Shown here one piece after another: positions 12,143-24,855 of a stretch of 64,000 nucleotides of DNA. Position 1 is the first letter of the stretch. The number at the start of each line of letters is the position of its first letter. The stretch comes from Octopus sinensis (lineage: Eukaryota). The DNA lies in the NCBI RefSeq assembly GCF_006345805.1, contig NC_043005.1, forward strand, positions 59,086,001 through 59,150,000. Reading direction: 5' to 3'. The notes below the pieces were generated by a model, which saw nothing but the letters and a program-made list of their open reading frames with translations, was not told the origin of the DNA and did no database searches. A program made the position numbers and the translations under genes.

Positions 12143-12354
12143 TCTTTTCTACTATAGGCACAAGACCCAACATTTTTGGGGAGGGTTCCAGTCAATTATG
12201 TCGACCCCAGTAAGCAATTGGTACTTAATTTATTGACCCCGAAAGAATGAAAGGCAAAGTCGACCTTGGCAGAGTTTGAACTCAGAACGTAAAGACATGA
12301 AATACTACTAAACATTTTGCCTAATGTACTAACGTTTCTGCCAGCTCACCACTT
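12143..12354 (-). mobile_element. SINE family A, alternative-tail subfamily
   Basis: As above; tail TTGTGCCTATAGTAGAAAAGAA on minus strand. Confidence 0.8.
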
Positions 12355-12384
12355 TGTTTACATATACACTGGCAAAAGATATAT

Positions 12385-12540
12385 TGTAAAGTGGTTGGTG
12401 TTAGGAAAGGAATCCAATGGCAAAACCATGCTGAAACAGTCAATGGAGCTTGGTGCAGTCATCTGGCTTGCCAGCTCCTGCGAAAATGTCCGAACCATGT
12501 CAGCATGGAAGACAGATGTTAAATGATGATGATGATGATT
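12385..12540 (+). mobile_element. RTE LINE 3' tail (family C)
   Basis: GGTGTTAGGAAAGGAATCC..CATGTCAGCATGGAAGACAGATGTTAAATGATGATG. Confidence 0.65.
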
Positions 12541-12826
12541 TTGATTTTAATGTTGATGATAAATGACAGGCATTCATATAATTTCCATCTGTCCCATTCC
12601 ACTCATCCAACTTTGGAAGAAACTACTTGCTCAATAAATTCTGCACAGTAAATTCAAACCTGGAACACGTAATAAACCAAACTTCCTAACCACACAGCTA
12701 TTCTTGCACTCCTATATAAGTACTGGAGTAATTATTGAACTAGAATCTGTTTAGTGACTAATGTTGTTATCCTGTTTTTCAGCACCAAATAATTATTTCT
12801 AGTTTGTTTTATAATGCGCCATGTAT

Positions 12827-12864
<38 letters not shown>

Positions 12865-13754
12865 ATATATATTTATATATATTAACTCTAAGTTAAAATG
12901 TAATCTTTTTAAAATGGTAAAAGTGAAGATAAAAGAATATATTTTGAATTGTGAATGCAATTTTATTTAATTTTATTCTCTTTTTTTCTGTCTCAAATCT
13001 TGACTTTCTTGTTAATACATTTTTATCTCTACAGATAAATCAGAATATATCACTTGATGCCATTCTTTAAATAAATTATGATTTAATTAGTTATTTTACA
13101 AAGGATAAATAAAGATAAATAAAAAAAAAAAAGAATAACAAAAATACTTTCTGATTAAGTTAAGACATTTGAAAATTAGCATAAGACAATTTAAAATTTT
13201 CTACTACATAAAATATTAGCATTCAGGTTTTTGTGATTTTCTTTTCGCTATTTATTATTATTTCGAGGGAGAAGATTAAGTTAGTATTTGTATTATTGCA
13301 AATATTTTATCAAAGCTATAAAACAAACAAACAAACAAACAAACAAATGAATAAATAAATAAAAACTTTCTCTTCTGAGTTGCACAGTCTTTAATGGGGA
13401 GATGGGTGTGGTTAGGTTTCTTTTAAATTCATTACACCAAAGTAACCGGTATAACTAACAGAATTTGTTTTTAATAAACCAAATTATCTCTGGTTGTCAT
13501 TTTCACTCAACAAACCTGTCAAACAAAATATATTCTATTAATGTTTCAGTCTTCTTTCTTTCTCTTTCTTTCTCTTCATTGTCTATGTTATATGTTAATT
13601 CTATACTTATGTACTGGGATGTATTTATCTAACATTACATACAGCGAAAAAGCTTAGTTTACAGATTACTATATATAACTAAGTGAATGTGCAAACATAA
13701 ACATACACACACATATATATACATATGAATGTATGTATTTTTTGTCTTCATCAT

Positions 13755-14215
13755 TCACTCGCTTCAGTCATTGGACTGTGGCCATGCTGGGGTACCACCT
13801 TGAAGGGTTTTAGCTGAATGAGTGAAATCCATTACTGATATATGTTTTTTATTTGTTTTGTTTTAAAGCCTGGTATTGATTCTATCAGTTTCTAATGATG
13901 AACATCTAATTTACAGGAACATAAACAAACTAACACCGATTGTCAAGTGGGGGATGGGAGATAAACATAGACATGCACACAAACATACACATATATATAT
14001 ATATAATGACACATATACACACATATGGATGCACGCATATGTACTACTTGCTTCTGTCAGTTTCTGTTTACTAAATTTGTTCAGAAGGCTTTGGTTGTCC
14101 TGAGTCTGTAACAGAAAAAAAAAAAACTATTGTCCAAGGTACCATGCAGTGAGACTGAACCTGGAATTATGTGGTTAGGAAGGAAACTTCTTACCGCACA
14201 ACTATGCATTTGCAT
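13755..14215 (-). mobile_element. SINE family B (diverged)
   Basis: Tail, body and head (GAGACTGAACCTGGAATTATGTGG) on minus strand. Confidence 0.75.
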
Positions 14216-14391
14216 ATGTACACAAATGTACAAATTTATATTTTTTAATTGGTAAAATTAAGGACAAAAATTGTATATACTTGTGTATTGAGTTCAATTT
14301 CTCTGCATATATAATATATAGTCATTTAAGAATCCATAAACCAGAAAAAATAGGCACTTGTATATTTGTCAATAATGTGAGTATATTACCC

Positions 14392-14665
14392 AAAGTATAC
14401 AGTATTATAGATCCATTTCAGCTGATCTTACCAATTGGTTTTGCATTGAGTATTAAACGACTAGATATTAGATAATAGTGTGGTCATCTATAACCATATG
14501 GTCTTCGGAGATGACAGGTATGGAAAAAAATATTAAGACCATTCCTGCCATCTCTGAAGACCTCATGGTTTTAGATAACTACCCTCTTATCTACTATCTA
14601 GTTATTCCTAGAGTGAAACTGACTGGCAAAATCAGTTGAAATGGGTCTATAATACTATATACCTT
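14392..14665. mobile_element. Fold-back element (~130-bp imperfect inverted arms), probable TA-targeting MITE
   Basis: Arms 14392-14523 and 14539-14665 are reverse complements (both read KVYSIIDPFQLILP in the ORF track); starts TA-CAGTATT; a single-arm homolog lies at 49085-49180. Confidence 0.7.
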
Positions 14666-15282
14666 AAGATATATATATGTATGCATGTGTGTGTGTGTAT
14701 ATATATATGTATATACACTTACGTACATATACATATATATGTGTGTGTATGTATATATATGTATAAATGCATACATATGTGTGTGTGTGCATCTGTGTGT
14801 ATATATACCTTATTGTTTGTTTAACGTGATTTCTCGTGCAAACATAACTTAGACAGAAATTAATTTAGGGCCTGAATTTTATGGGTGGGTGCCCTTTTTG
14901 TTGCCAACCCTTACCTGTTACTCATGTAAATTTTTATTCCATGGGCCTTTGACAGCACACAGTGATGTGTTATAAGGTCATCAAAAACTGCCAACGTAAG
15001 TACCACTTCACATACCAGGTTGAGGTTGAGTTGATGGTATATGGCCACCTTGAGAATAAGTAACTCTTATGTCATAAGAAGGAGATGGATATCTTCCAGA
15101 TTACAAAATCCAATGAAATGCCTGAATGGATTGGATTGGACTGGATTACCTATGTTCAGTCCACTTCAGGACAAAGGCTTCCACATTTTCTGTCCATGAA
15201 CCCAGATCTGATGTGAAGACCATGAATTTGAATTTCAGATCTTACCAGTTTGATGAACCCTACTCTGCCACACTGGCTTGAA

Positions 15283-15465
15283 AGAGAAGCAAGCTGGCAG
15301 AAATGTTAGCATATCAGGAAAATGCTTAGTAGTGTTTCATCCATTCTTATGTTCTGAGTTCAAATTCTGCTGAGGTCGACTTTGCTTTTATCCTTTCAGG
15401 GTTGATTAAATAAGTATCAGTTGAGCACTGGGGTTGATGTAATCGATTTAACTACCCCTTGGTAA
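15283..15465 (+). mobile_element. SINE family A, 3'-truncated
   Basis: AAGCTGGCAGAAATGTTAGC..GAGTTCAAATTCTGCTGAGGTCGACTTTGC. Confidence 0.8.
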
Positions 15466-17117
15466 GAGCATATAAAGTGCCTGAATAGAAATCATCCCAC
15501 TTTCTAATTCTATATGGGCTGGTCAGTGTCTGTCTTATGGAAAAAAAAAAACCAAGACCAATGAGGTTGGAAAAGCTTAGTTTAAGCAAAAAATTTCAGG
15601 GCAGAAATGTTGTGGGAATGGTTTCACTTATTTTAGATTACATTATTTAATATGGGTTTTACAATTTTAAAAGTGTGTTTTGAGAGAAATTTGACTGCTA
15701 TTTCTAACTGTTTAAGTGACTCCATTTATCAGCTTATAGATTAAATGTTAGTACTGATAGTTGAATTCTTGCTGGCCTGTGATAAAATATTTAAATGGCT
15801 TCTCTTCATTACATCCAGTGCTTTTGGCTGACTTAAACATAACAACACTGTGCTTGATGCTTCACTTCTATTATTCAGCATAGTGATATGATATCTATTT
15901 ATAGCTAAGTGGACTTAGACCAACACAGTTAACTTGTCTTTGACAGAAATATCAGTGTCAATGGTGCAGTATGATGTGTCAGCAATTTGATAAATAATCT
16001 AACTGTACACTAAGAACCACCTACCTAGAAGAGTCTACATATTACAAGCTAGAGTATACTAATCCAAATATATATAAGTGCACTGAAGTTGTAACGATAT
16101 GGTAAAACTAAAAGATTTACGATACATTCTTGTATAATGAAATACAATTATTGAAAGATTTATTACATTCTGAGTGTAATATAACTTAGCACAATAAACT
16201 TACAGTATCAGTATGTGTCCATATAGTTTGTTTTATTCCCAAATATATTTTGATATGTAACAAATCCATTGGACAAATTCTGCTGGTAGCTGTAATTAAA
16301 TCAGTTTGCTATTGAACAAGTAAACAATGTTTTGTAGTTCATTCTGAAACTGATCTGGTTTTATTTCTGTCCTGCCTTAATTTTTACTGTAATGAATGTA
16401 TGAATGTGTGAATTCTACAAGATCTCTGTGATTTATAGACTGTAAACTTTAATACTGGTGAATGTTGTTTACCTAATTTATTTAAGATGAAAATATAAGT
16501 TTCATGTTAGAAAAATAACTGAAAATGCATGGCTCATCATTAATTGGATTATGAGAATACCACTAAAGCAGGGGTAAACTATAGATGGTGGGCAACTGAG
16601 GTAACTTTGGTGGACATCAGCTCAATTGTTAAAAATTTTAAAGCAGTGCATTCTTGATTACGCCTCTTCACTTGACACCAATCCTTTTATGACCAGCGAG
16701 GATATATATGTCCATATCATCATCATCATCACCATGTGATGGTTATTGTCAAACTACATGGAGTATAGCAGTGGGGTGTGGAAATATTTAGGGAGCCCAA
16801 ACATTTTGGTAACACGTCATGCCATCCAGCACACTTTCAAATGATGCATGCATGCATATGTACAAACGTACATACATACATTCATACATACATACATACA
16901 TACAAACATACATACATGCACATATATATATTTATAATAAATAATAAATAATATAATATATATATACATGCATATATGGGTACAGGATGTCACCAATGGT
17001 GCAAATAACATGAAATATGTAAACAATGAGAAAAAATGGAAAACAGGACAAATTAACACTGAAAAGGGACCCTTCATCAATTGTCAGCTGTCATTAGAAT
17101 AAATCACCCTCAGTACC

Positions 17118-17405
17118 TTTTTTTTAAAGCCTAGTACTTATTTTATTAGTCGCTTTTTGTCAAACCGCTAAGTTCTGGAATGTAAACAGACCAACACTGT
17201 CATGCAGTAGTGGGTGACAAACAAAGGCACAAAGACACACACACAACAAGTTTCTCTAAGTTGTTGTCACCCAAATCCACTCACAAAGCTTTGGTCAAGC
17301 CGAGGCTATAGCTGTAGTGGAAGACACTTGTCCAAGGTGCCATGCAGTGGGACTGAACCTGGAGGCACGCGGTTGGGAAGCAAGCTTCTAACCACACAGC
17401 CACAC
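17118..17405 (-). mobile_element. SINE family B with internal deletion
   Basis: CORE-like block GACACTTGTCCAAGGTGCC and head on minus strand. Confidence 0.75.
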
Positions 17406-17636
17406 AAATATATTTATATGTGTGCAACATGGTGGTGGTGGTTGAGGCCGACCCCTGCTTGCAATATATATCGGATGTAGATCTCATTGAATAATCAGCT
17501 GGAGGAGGTGACCTCCTGTGGTTAAAAATGGTAGTAACATCAGCCATGTTGAAGTGGCGATAAACATTACTTCCCAGTATAGTTACTACTTTCATCACTT
17601 ATAGAGATTTCCTAACTACCTACTTCAATTTATATA

Positions 17637-17670
<34 letters not shown>

Positions 17671-18984
17671 CATACATATATACATGTATATATATATATA
17701 CATGTATATATATATATATACATGTATATATATATATGTATCTGTGTGTATGTATTTTTATATTTATGTACGTATATGTGTATATATGTGTGTGTGTGTA
17801 TATGCGTGTATTTATGTATGTATCTATGTCCATTTATATGTATGTATATTATGTATATATCGATGTCTTAATGTATTGTGTATTCAGTGTAAAGATTTGA
17901 AATAAATGACTATGAGGTGTAGTAAAATACAGCTGTTGTCCTCAAGAGTACCGCATAAACAAAGAATAAAAAGCAACAAGGTGAACTATGGAATACAATT
18001 CCAGAAAATAGTAATGGAAGAACTACGTTAACAAGATATAAAACTTTTTGTTTTATATTGTGTTATGGTGTTTTAAAGCCATAAAATAGTGTGTTCATTG
18101 CTGTGGCTCTTCCTACAACTGTTATGCCAGTTCTTGCATGTGGTTGCAAAGCACAAGTTGCACAGTAAACAGTGCTTGACTGTAGTACTAGATGAAATCA
18201 CAAAAGTATGAGAGAGCGGCAATACATTGTAAGGACTAAACAAAATATAGCTTGGGCTTCGGTATGATTTGAGTGAGATTTGGTAACTTTTTTAATTGTG
18301 TTAACCTAGCGTGGAGTGGTAAAAAAAAAAAAAAATTAAGTTACCTTCTTGAATCATGCAGATTTATAAGGGCCAATTTCCTGGTTTCATGGTGTATATA
18401 TTCCCCACCTGGATAGGATGCCAGGCCATCACAGGATTACTCACTTTTGCTAGCTAAGTGTACTGGAGTGACTTGAACGATGTGAAATAAAGGGTTTTGG
18501 TCAAGAATTCCCAAATAGCTTGATGGAAGTACTGTGTCAGGGATCAAGTTGTGAATGTGTGGCAAAAGACTTTGATACCTTTATCATCATCATCATCATC
18601 ATCATTTAGCACCCAGTCCAGGAATTGAAACCACAGTCTTACAATCATGAGTCCAACACTCTAACCACTAAGCCATGCATCAAACCACTAAGTAACATGT
18701 AGTGGCTTCCTCATTGGCTCATACATTCATAGTATGTAAACATAAAGCTGAAGGGGTGTGATTTCAAGGATATTTGCCTGGTGTTTCTGACAGATCAAGT
18801 TACCATTATCCAATATGGTATCAACAAAAAAAAACAGTAAACGAAATAGAACAATCTAGAAAGAAAGACAAGCAACATTCCCAAATAGAGTCATGGCCTA
18901 AAATATAAACTTTTAATAGGTAGATGGAAGTACAGTGCCAGGTATCAAGTTGTGGATGTGTGGCAAATACTTTGATACCTTCAT

Positions 18985-19200
18985 CATTATCATCATTTAG
19001 CATCCACTTTCCATGCTGGCATGGGCTAGACAGTTTGACTGGAACTGGTAAGTCTGATTTGGCTTGGTTTCTTCAGCCAGATGCCCTTTCAAATGCCAAC
19101 CACTCCAAGAGTGTAGTGGGTGCTTTTATGTGTTACCAGCACGGGTACCTTTCACATGTCCCCAGTACCAGCCATGGCTGTGATCTCACTTGGCTAAACA
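18985..19200 (-). mobile_element. RTE LINE 3' tail (family C)
   Basis: (CAT)n-TTAGCATCCACTTTCCATGCTGGCATGGG..GGATGCCCTT-like block. Confidence 0.7.
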
Positions 19201-19428
19201 AATCTTCTCAAGCATTATATATAATTTATTTATTACAAAGTAATAATGAAACAAAGTGAATACAACAGTGTAAAACATTGTGTTCTAGGTTATATAATCG
19301 TTCTTAGATCATAGATCTATCATAATCTTACAGGGTCAATAGGCTGAAGCTTATCCTAATGCCTATAAGTTATTAGCTACCAAGAATACAATATTATTTT
19401 CCGAATGGGATACCAAACCATCTCAGAA

Positions 19429-19646
19429 TTAACCTTTCAGTATTCAGATCACTCTGTCAAATTTATTCACATTGTTTTGAATTAATTATGCATTATCTTG
19501 TAGCTTTGATATTTCTCTGATGTGATTGTTTATTTTTAGAATGACATTGTAGGGAAGGTGGGAAAGGCTGGATCTAGTTGGTTTGCTTGTAAAACAGGTA
19601 GAATATCTTGGGCAGGAAATGGTCACTGTAAATGGTAAATGCTTAA
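19429..19646. mobile_element. Probable piggyBac-type MITE (TTAA-bounded)
   Basis: Begins TTAA-CCTTTCAG and ends AAATGC-TTAA; a related TTACCCTTTAGTGTTTAAACTGGCC fragment lies at ~26916; family assignment is from recall, not verified. Confidence 0.4.
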
Positions 19647-19659
19647 GCCCCAGCTGTTA

Positions 19660-19878
19660 TTTATTTCTTTATTGCTCACAAGGGGCTAAACATAGCGGGG
19701 ACAAACAGAGGAATTAAGTCAATTAGATTGACCTCCAGCGCGTAACTGGTACTTAATTTATCGACCCTGAAAGGATAAGTTGATCCTGGTGGAATTTGGA
19801 CTCAGAATGTAACGGCAGACAAAATACCGCTAAGCATTTCGCCCAGCCTGCTAATGTTTTTGCCAGCTCGCCACCTTA
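19660..19878 (-). mobile_element. SINE family A with 15-bp TSD
   Basis: Flanked by AAGCCCCAGCTGTTA at 19645-19659 and 19879-19893. Confidence 0.9.
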
Positions 19879-21120
19879 AAGCCCCAGCTGTTACTTGTAC
19901 ACATAGAAGAGTGAGCTGGAGCAGTGTAAAAGGAAACTGTTCTGCTCTGGAGCAAAATGTGCTGCCTGATCAAGGAACTGAAAGCATGACCTCATGATCA
20001 TGAATCAAGCTCTAGGCATGCACTTTTACTATTCATGCACTTTTACTATTCTTACTTTGATGTATTTTAAAAAATTATTATTTTTTTTGCCTTGGGCCCT
20101 AAACTCATAATGGAATCATAGAGAACTACTATTGTTTTTATGCTCCATTTCATAATTATTTTAAGTTTGCATTTTGATGCTGTGTGCATTAAATATATTA
20201 ACATTAGCTTTAGTCTATTATACTGATAAGCACCAAAAGATATATCTGAAAAGATAAATCATATGAAGCCAAACTAGTAGAGTTTTTTTTAAATTTCATT
20301 TTTAGTTTTTTAATGTACCATAAAGATGAAAAATAAAAAAATCTTAAGAAACAGGAAGAACACACGGGAAACATAAACTACGTATTTTCAAAAACTTTTT
20401 TTCTTCATCTCACAAGAGTAAATTCTTTGAATAAGATGAATATGATCTTCAAAAAATGAACTACTTTCCCTAAAAAATTAGATTATATATATATTATGTG
20501 GTTGTTGACATTTATGGTTCTTAATATGTGTTCAGTTTTGAACTTAGAACCATTATGTGAGTTTAGAAAGCACTTTATTTGGAAAGAGGATGAGAGAGAT
20601 AGTGGAGGGAGTGATGGCTATAGACATAAAATGAAGCAATAGTTGATATAATTTGAAGCGATAAAGCTAACATTTTGTTTAAATGAAAGATCATTGGAGC
20701 TACCTGAGAGTAATTTTAGTGGTTATGTCATCTGCTGGAAACAACAACTGAATTACCCTCACATCATATTCTCAATCTTAAAAAAAAGCACAAATTAGGC
20801 AGTGCTGAGTTGGATATGTACAAAAAAATGACATTATCGCAACTGGAATGGGGTGCTTTAGATCTTAGGTCTACTTGAATTGGGTTGGTTTTGGAGTTAA
20901 ACAAAATAAACTACAACAAAAACAAGGGCAACAGTTATGACAACAACAATGTTGGAGGGAGAGTTGACAGAACCAAGTTTTAGCATTCTATGATCTACTC
21001 CAGATAAAGGAAAACTGATGACAACCCACCCAATTATACACACGTGTACACACACACACTCACAAACACATATACTTACATATATGTATACATACATATA
21101 TGAATATATGTACCTTTGTA

Positions 21121-21168
<48 letters not shown>

Positions 21169-21189
21169 CACCTACATACAAAGACACTT

Positions 21190-21418
21190 ATATATATATG
21201 CTTTTTTTTTTCCAATATGTGACCGCATGTGCATCATTGGCAATTTTCTTTCACTGTCTTCCCTTCCTTTTTTTATATTTTTGATAAAGAGCTCTGCTCA
21301 AAAAGTGAAATCCTCTTTCCTTTCTTTTCTTTTCTTTCCTTTCCTGAGCATCCAATAACAATACTTGTTCCACATTCTCGTGTTGTTTTTCTTGCTTGTT
21401 CTTGTTTGGATTGATTAT
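21190..21418 (+). mobile_element. Penelope-like pseudo-LTR remnant (family P1), diverged
   Basis: Homologous to 23442-23712; HHR decayed (TTGATAAAGAGCTCTGCTCAAAAA). Confidence 0.6.
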
Positions 21419-21469
21419 ATATATATATATATATATGCATAAATAATAAATATTATTGTTAATAAGTAA

Positions 21470-22222
21470 TAATAATATAAGTCGCTAGCAGCTGCAAATC
21501 ATTACTTGACATCTGCTCTTCTCCCCATTCTCGTGAACTCATTTCATCCTTTAGGGATAGACTTGTGATGGGTGACGAAAGACGGATCTTCTATCGAAAT
21601 GTTAAACGTTGTAACCAGTGACTTGGTAAAAGGGAAAAAGCTCAACCACAACCGGGAAGGGAACTTCATGGGAAAAAGGTTCTTCTCTCTATCTGGTAGG
21701 ATTGCAAAGGAGTAATTCACTTTGAATTGTTAGCACCTAATGCAACAATCAATGCTCAAGTCTACTGTCAGCAATTAGAGTGTTTGAACCAAGCTTTGAA
21801 GAAAAAAAAGACCAGCTTTAGTGAATCAAAAAGGAGTGATGTTTCATCAGGACAATGCATGACACCACACTGCAAAGATCCCATCACAGAAGATCAAAGA
21901 GCTTGGTTGGGAAAAAATTCCTCATCTACCTTATTCTCCTGACCTCGCTCCTTCAGACTACCATTTGTTTTGTAGTTTACAGAATCATTTGGGGGACATA
22001 ACTTTCGCAAGCCAGGTGGAGATTGAAACTGACATTTCAAAGTTCTTCGCTTTGAAACCAAAAGAGTTTTAGATTGATGAGATTTAAAAACTTGTAAATA
22101 GATGGAAGGAAGTCATAGATAATCAGGGAAAATACATTGATGATAAAATTTCAATTAAATATAACATTTGATCACTTGTTTTCTTTATTCAAAATTCAGA
22201 CAGAACTTATGGGATGACCTGA
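21470..22222 (+). mobile_element. Mariner transposon remnant (DD34D domain plus 3' TIR), 5'-truncated
   Basis: DRLVMGDER..KKVLLSIW*DCKGVIHFELL..TINAQVYCQQL..GVMFHQDNA*PH..PYSPDLAPSDYHLF..RWKEVIDNQGKYIDD; ends TTATGGGATGACCTGA-TA. Confidence 0.9.
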
Positions 22223-22247
22223 TATGTGAGGTGTGTGTGTGTGTGTC

Positions 22248-22279
<32 letters not shown>

Positions 22280-22597
22280 GGCAAATCAAAAATGAAAATA
22301 AAAGCAGAACAACAAAAGTCAATAGGACATACACAATGAATGTATTAGGTTGATGCTTAATACAAAATAGAAAAAAGAGTTTGCTGCAATATTTCAAGCA
22401 TAGTTCTTCCTCAGAAAGTGAAAAAGTCCAGAGAGAAGGAAAGCATGTGTGTGGTGACATGGTGATGACGTGGAGGTGTAGAGAGGAGTGATGGAGGGCA
22501 GGTAAAAGAAGGAGTAGAGTAAGGAAGAAGAAGGGAAGAAGAAAAAGAGAAGTGAAGTGAAGTGAAGTGAAAGCCTTGTGGATGATGTGTATATATA

Positions 22598-23220
22598 TTC
22601 TTTTATCATTTTACTTGTTTTAAGGCAGTGAGCTGGCAGAAATGTTAGCACACCAGGCGAAATGCTTAGTGGTATTTTGTCTGTCTTTATATTCTGAGTT
22701 CAAATTCCACCAAAGTTGACATTGCCTTTCATCCTTTCGGGGTCGATAAATTAAGTACTAGTTGTGTACTGGGGGTTGATCTAATTGACTGGCCCCCTCC
22801 CCCAAAATTTCGGGCCTTGTGCCAAGAGTAGAAAAGATTATTTTACTTGTTTGAGTCATTTGACTGCGACCATGCTGGAGCACTGCTTTAGTCAAACAAA
22901 TCAACTGCAGGACTTATTCTTTGTAAGCCTAGTACTTATTCTGTTGGACTCTTTTGCCAAACCACTAAGTTACAGGGACATAAACACACCAGTATTGGTT
23001 GTCAAGCAATGTTGGGGAGACAAACACAAACACACAAACATACACACACACACACATGAATGTTTATATACGATGGGCTTCTTTCAGTTTCCGTCAGCTA
23101 TGTCCACTCACAGGGCTTTGATTGGCCTGAGGCTATAGAAGACACTTGCCTAGGGTGTTACGCAGCAGGACTGAACCTGGAACCATGTGGCCAGTAAGCA
23201 AGCTACTTACCACACAGCTA
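22598..23220 (-). mobile_element. SINE family B interrupted by a SINE family A copy
   Basis: B tail split at TTTTACTTGTTT, which is duplicated on both sides of the insert. Confidence 0.85.
22622..22840 (+). mobile_element. SINE family A, alternative tail, nested in SINE B with ~12-bp TSD
   Basis: Tail GGCCCCCTCCCCCAAAATTTCGGGCCTTGTGCCAAGAGTAGAAAAGATTA. Confidence 0.85.
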
Positions 23221-23441
23221 CTTTTGATAAGGAGAATGGACATTTTTTCACATTCATAAATTTTATTTAACAGTTATTAATTACTCTACAAAACATATGC
23301 AATCCTGAACAAGACACAGAGAATTATCCAATGACAGAAGTTAGCAGTGCCTAACAACTGATTGTTAGCTCAAGTTCTACATACAGACCATTGTAGTTAG
23401 CTGGCATCTGAAACCAATTTGAGAGAAAATATGGTACGCAT

Positions 23442-23708
23442 CAGGATAATATCTCCCTTTAAACTCATTTTAAAAATATATATATATTTATATGCATTCA
23501 AAATGTGACCATGTGTGTACCGTTGGCGATTTTTGTTTCCTCCATCTTCCCTTCTTTGGATCTTTCCTTTTCCTATGTTTCTGACGAAGAGCTCCGCTCG
23601 AAACATTAAACCCTCATTCTTTCCTTATTTCCTGAGCATCCAATAATACTATACTTGTTCCATGTCCTCGTGTTGTTGTGTTTTCCCTTTGTGTTTTCAT
23701 GTTTGGAT

Positions 23709-23712
<4 letters not shown>
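23442..23712 (+). mobile_element. Penelope-like pseudo-LTR (family P1) carrying a minimal hammerhead
   Basis: Near-identical inverted partner at 24527-24855; ends in (TA)n. Confidence 0.7.
23577..23611 (+). ncRNA. Minimal type I hammerhead ribozyme motif
   Basis: GUUU-CUGACGA-A-GAGC-UCC-GCUC-GAAA-CAUU-AAAC: intact CUGANGA and GAAA cores, 4-bp stem II, 4-bp stem I GUUU/AAAC. Confidence 0.7.
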
Positions 23713-23745
<33 letters not shown>

Positions 23746-23802
23746 GTATATGTATGTGTATGTGTGTGTGTATATATATATATAATATATTATATATATA
23801 TA

Positions 23803-23842
<40 letters not shown>

Positions 23843-24526
23843 TATGTATGTATGTATGTATATATATATGTGTATATATATATATAATATATATATATAT
23901 GTATATGTGTATATATGTATATATATATATATATATATGTATCTGACAAAAGGGTTAAATAAATCCAAGTGAATGCTTGTTTAAGCACTCTGTGGAATAG
24001 AAAACCTGGCTAACTAAATTGCCTTGGTATTATTATGGCAATTTTTGTATGCTGTTATTCTTTTCTTGTGACAGGCACAGTTTATATATCTGATGCAGAA
24101 CACCAGTTACATTTGGTGTATATATCACAGAGTATATTAGAAAAAAACATAGAGAATGAAAATGCATTGTCAATAATTTATTTATCTTACACATGTTTCG
24201 ATTAGCTCGACACAATGTAAGTGCTGCGCATTGCAGTATGCATATTCAATCAATTCTTCATTTGATTAATGAAATTGCCAAAGATACAGAGCATGTAGCT
24301 TTCAGAAGGCTTCTGCTAAATTTTGTATGCATTGAGATATTGTGGAAGGGGTTTATAAACAATAAATTTCAGACTACTGTCTCCATTTTATTGTCCAGTA
24401 TTCATGTCATGAGTAAGGAGAGGTATCTTTATCAGATGTTCTTAGTTTAATGACTGCATGTAGTTCTATGTATCTTGTCAAGATAGAATTGTAACTTAAT
24501 CTGTGATGTTAAGTGCAACTTAATTA

Positions 24527-24684
24527 ATAGTATTATGGATGCTCAGGAAAGAAGGAAAGAATGAGGGTTTAATGTTTCGAGCGGAGCTCTTCGTCAGAAA
24601 CATAGGAAAAGGAAAGATCCAAAGAAGGGAAGATGGAGGAAAAAAAAATCGCCAACGGTACACACGCGGTCACATTTTGAATGC

Positions 24685-24721
<37 letters not shown>

Positions 24722-24744
24722 TATATATATATATATATATATTA

Positions 24745-24775
<31 letters not shown>

Positions 24776-24855
24776 TAAAATATATATGTATATATTAAAA
24801 TATATATATATATATATATATTTTTAATATGAGTTTAAATGGAGACATTATCCTG
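24527..24855 (-). mobile_element. Penelope-like pseudo-LTR (family P1), inverted copy
   Basis: Reverse complement of 23442-23650 with an expanded (TA)n; both give MFRAELFVRNIGKGKIQRREDGG in the ORF track. Confidence 0.7.
24567..24601 (-). ncRNA. Minimal type I hammerhead ribozyme motif (inverted copy)
   Basis: Identical to 23577-23611 on the minus strand. Confidence 0.7.

Noticed and set aside
12757-13070. Two strong-looking plus-strand acceptors (..GTTTTTCAG 12782, ..TCTCTACAG 13034)
   Set aside because: Only very short frames follow; cannot be supported without RNA-seq
24052-24222. Acceptor (TTCTTGTGACAG) and donor (AAT|GTAAGT) between the inverted PLE repeats
   Set aside because: All frames contain stops between the two sites
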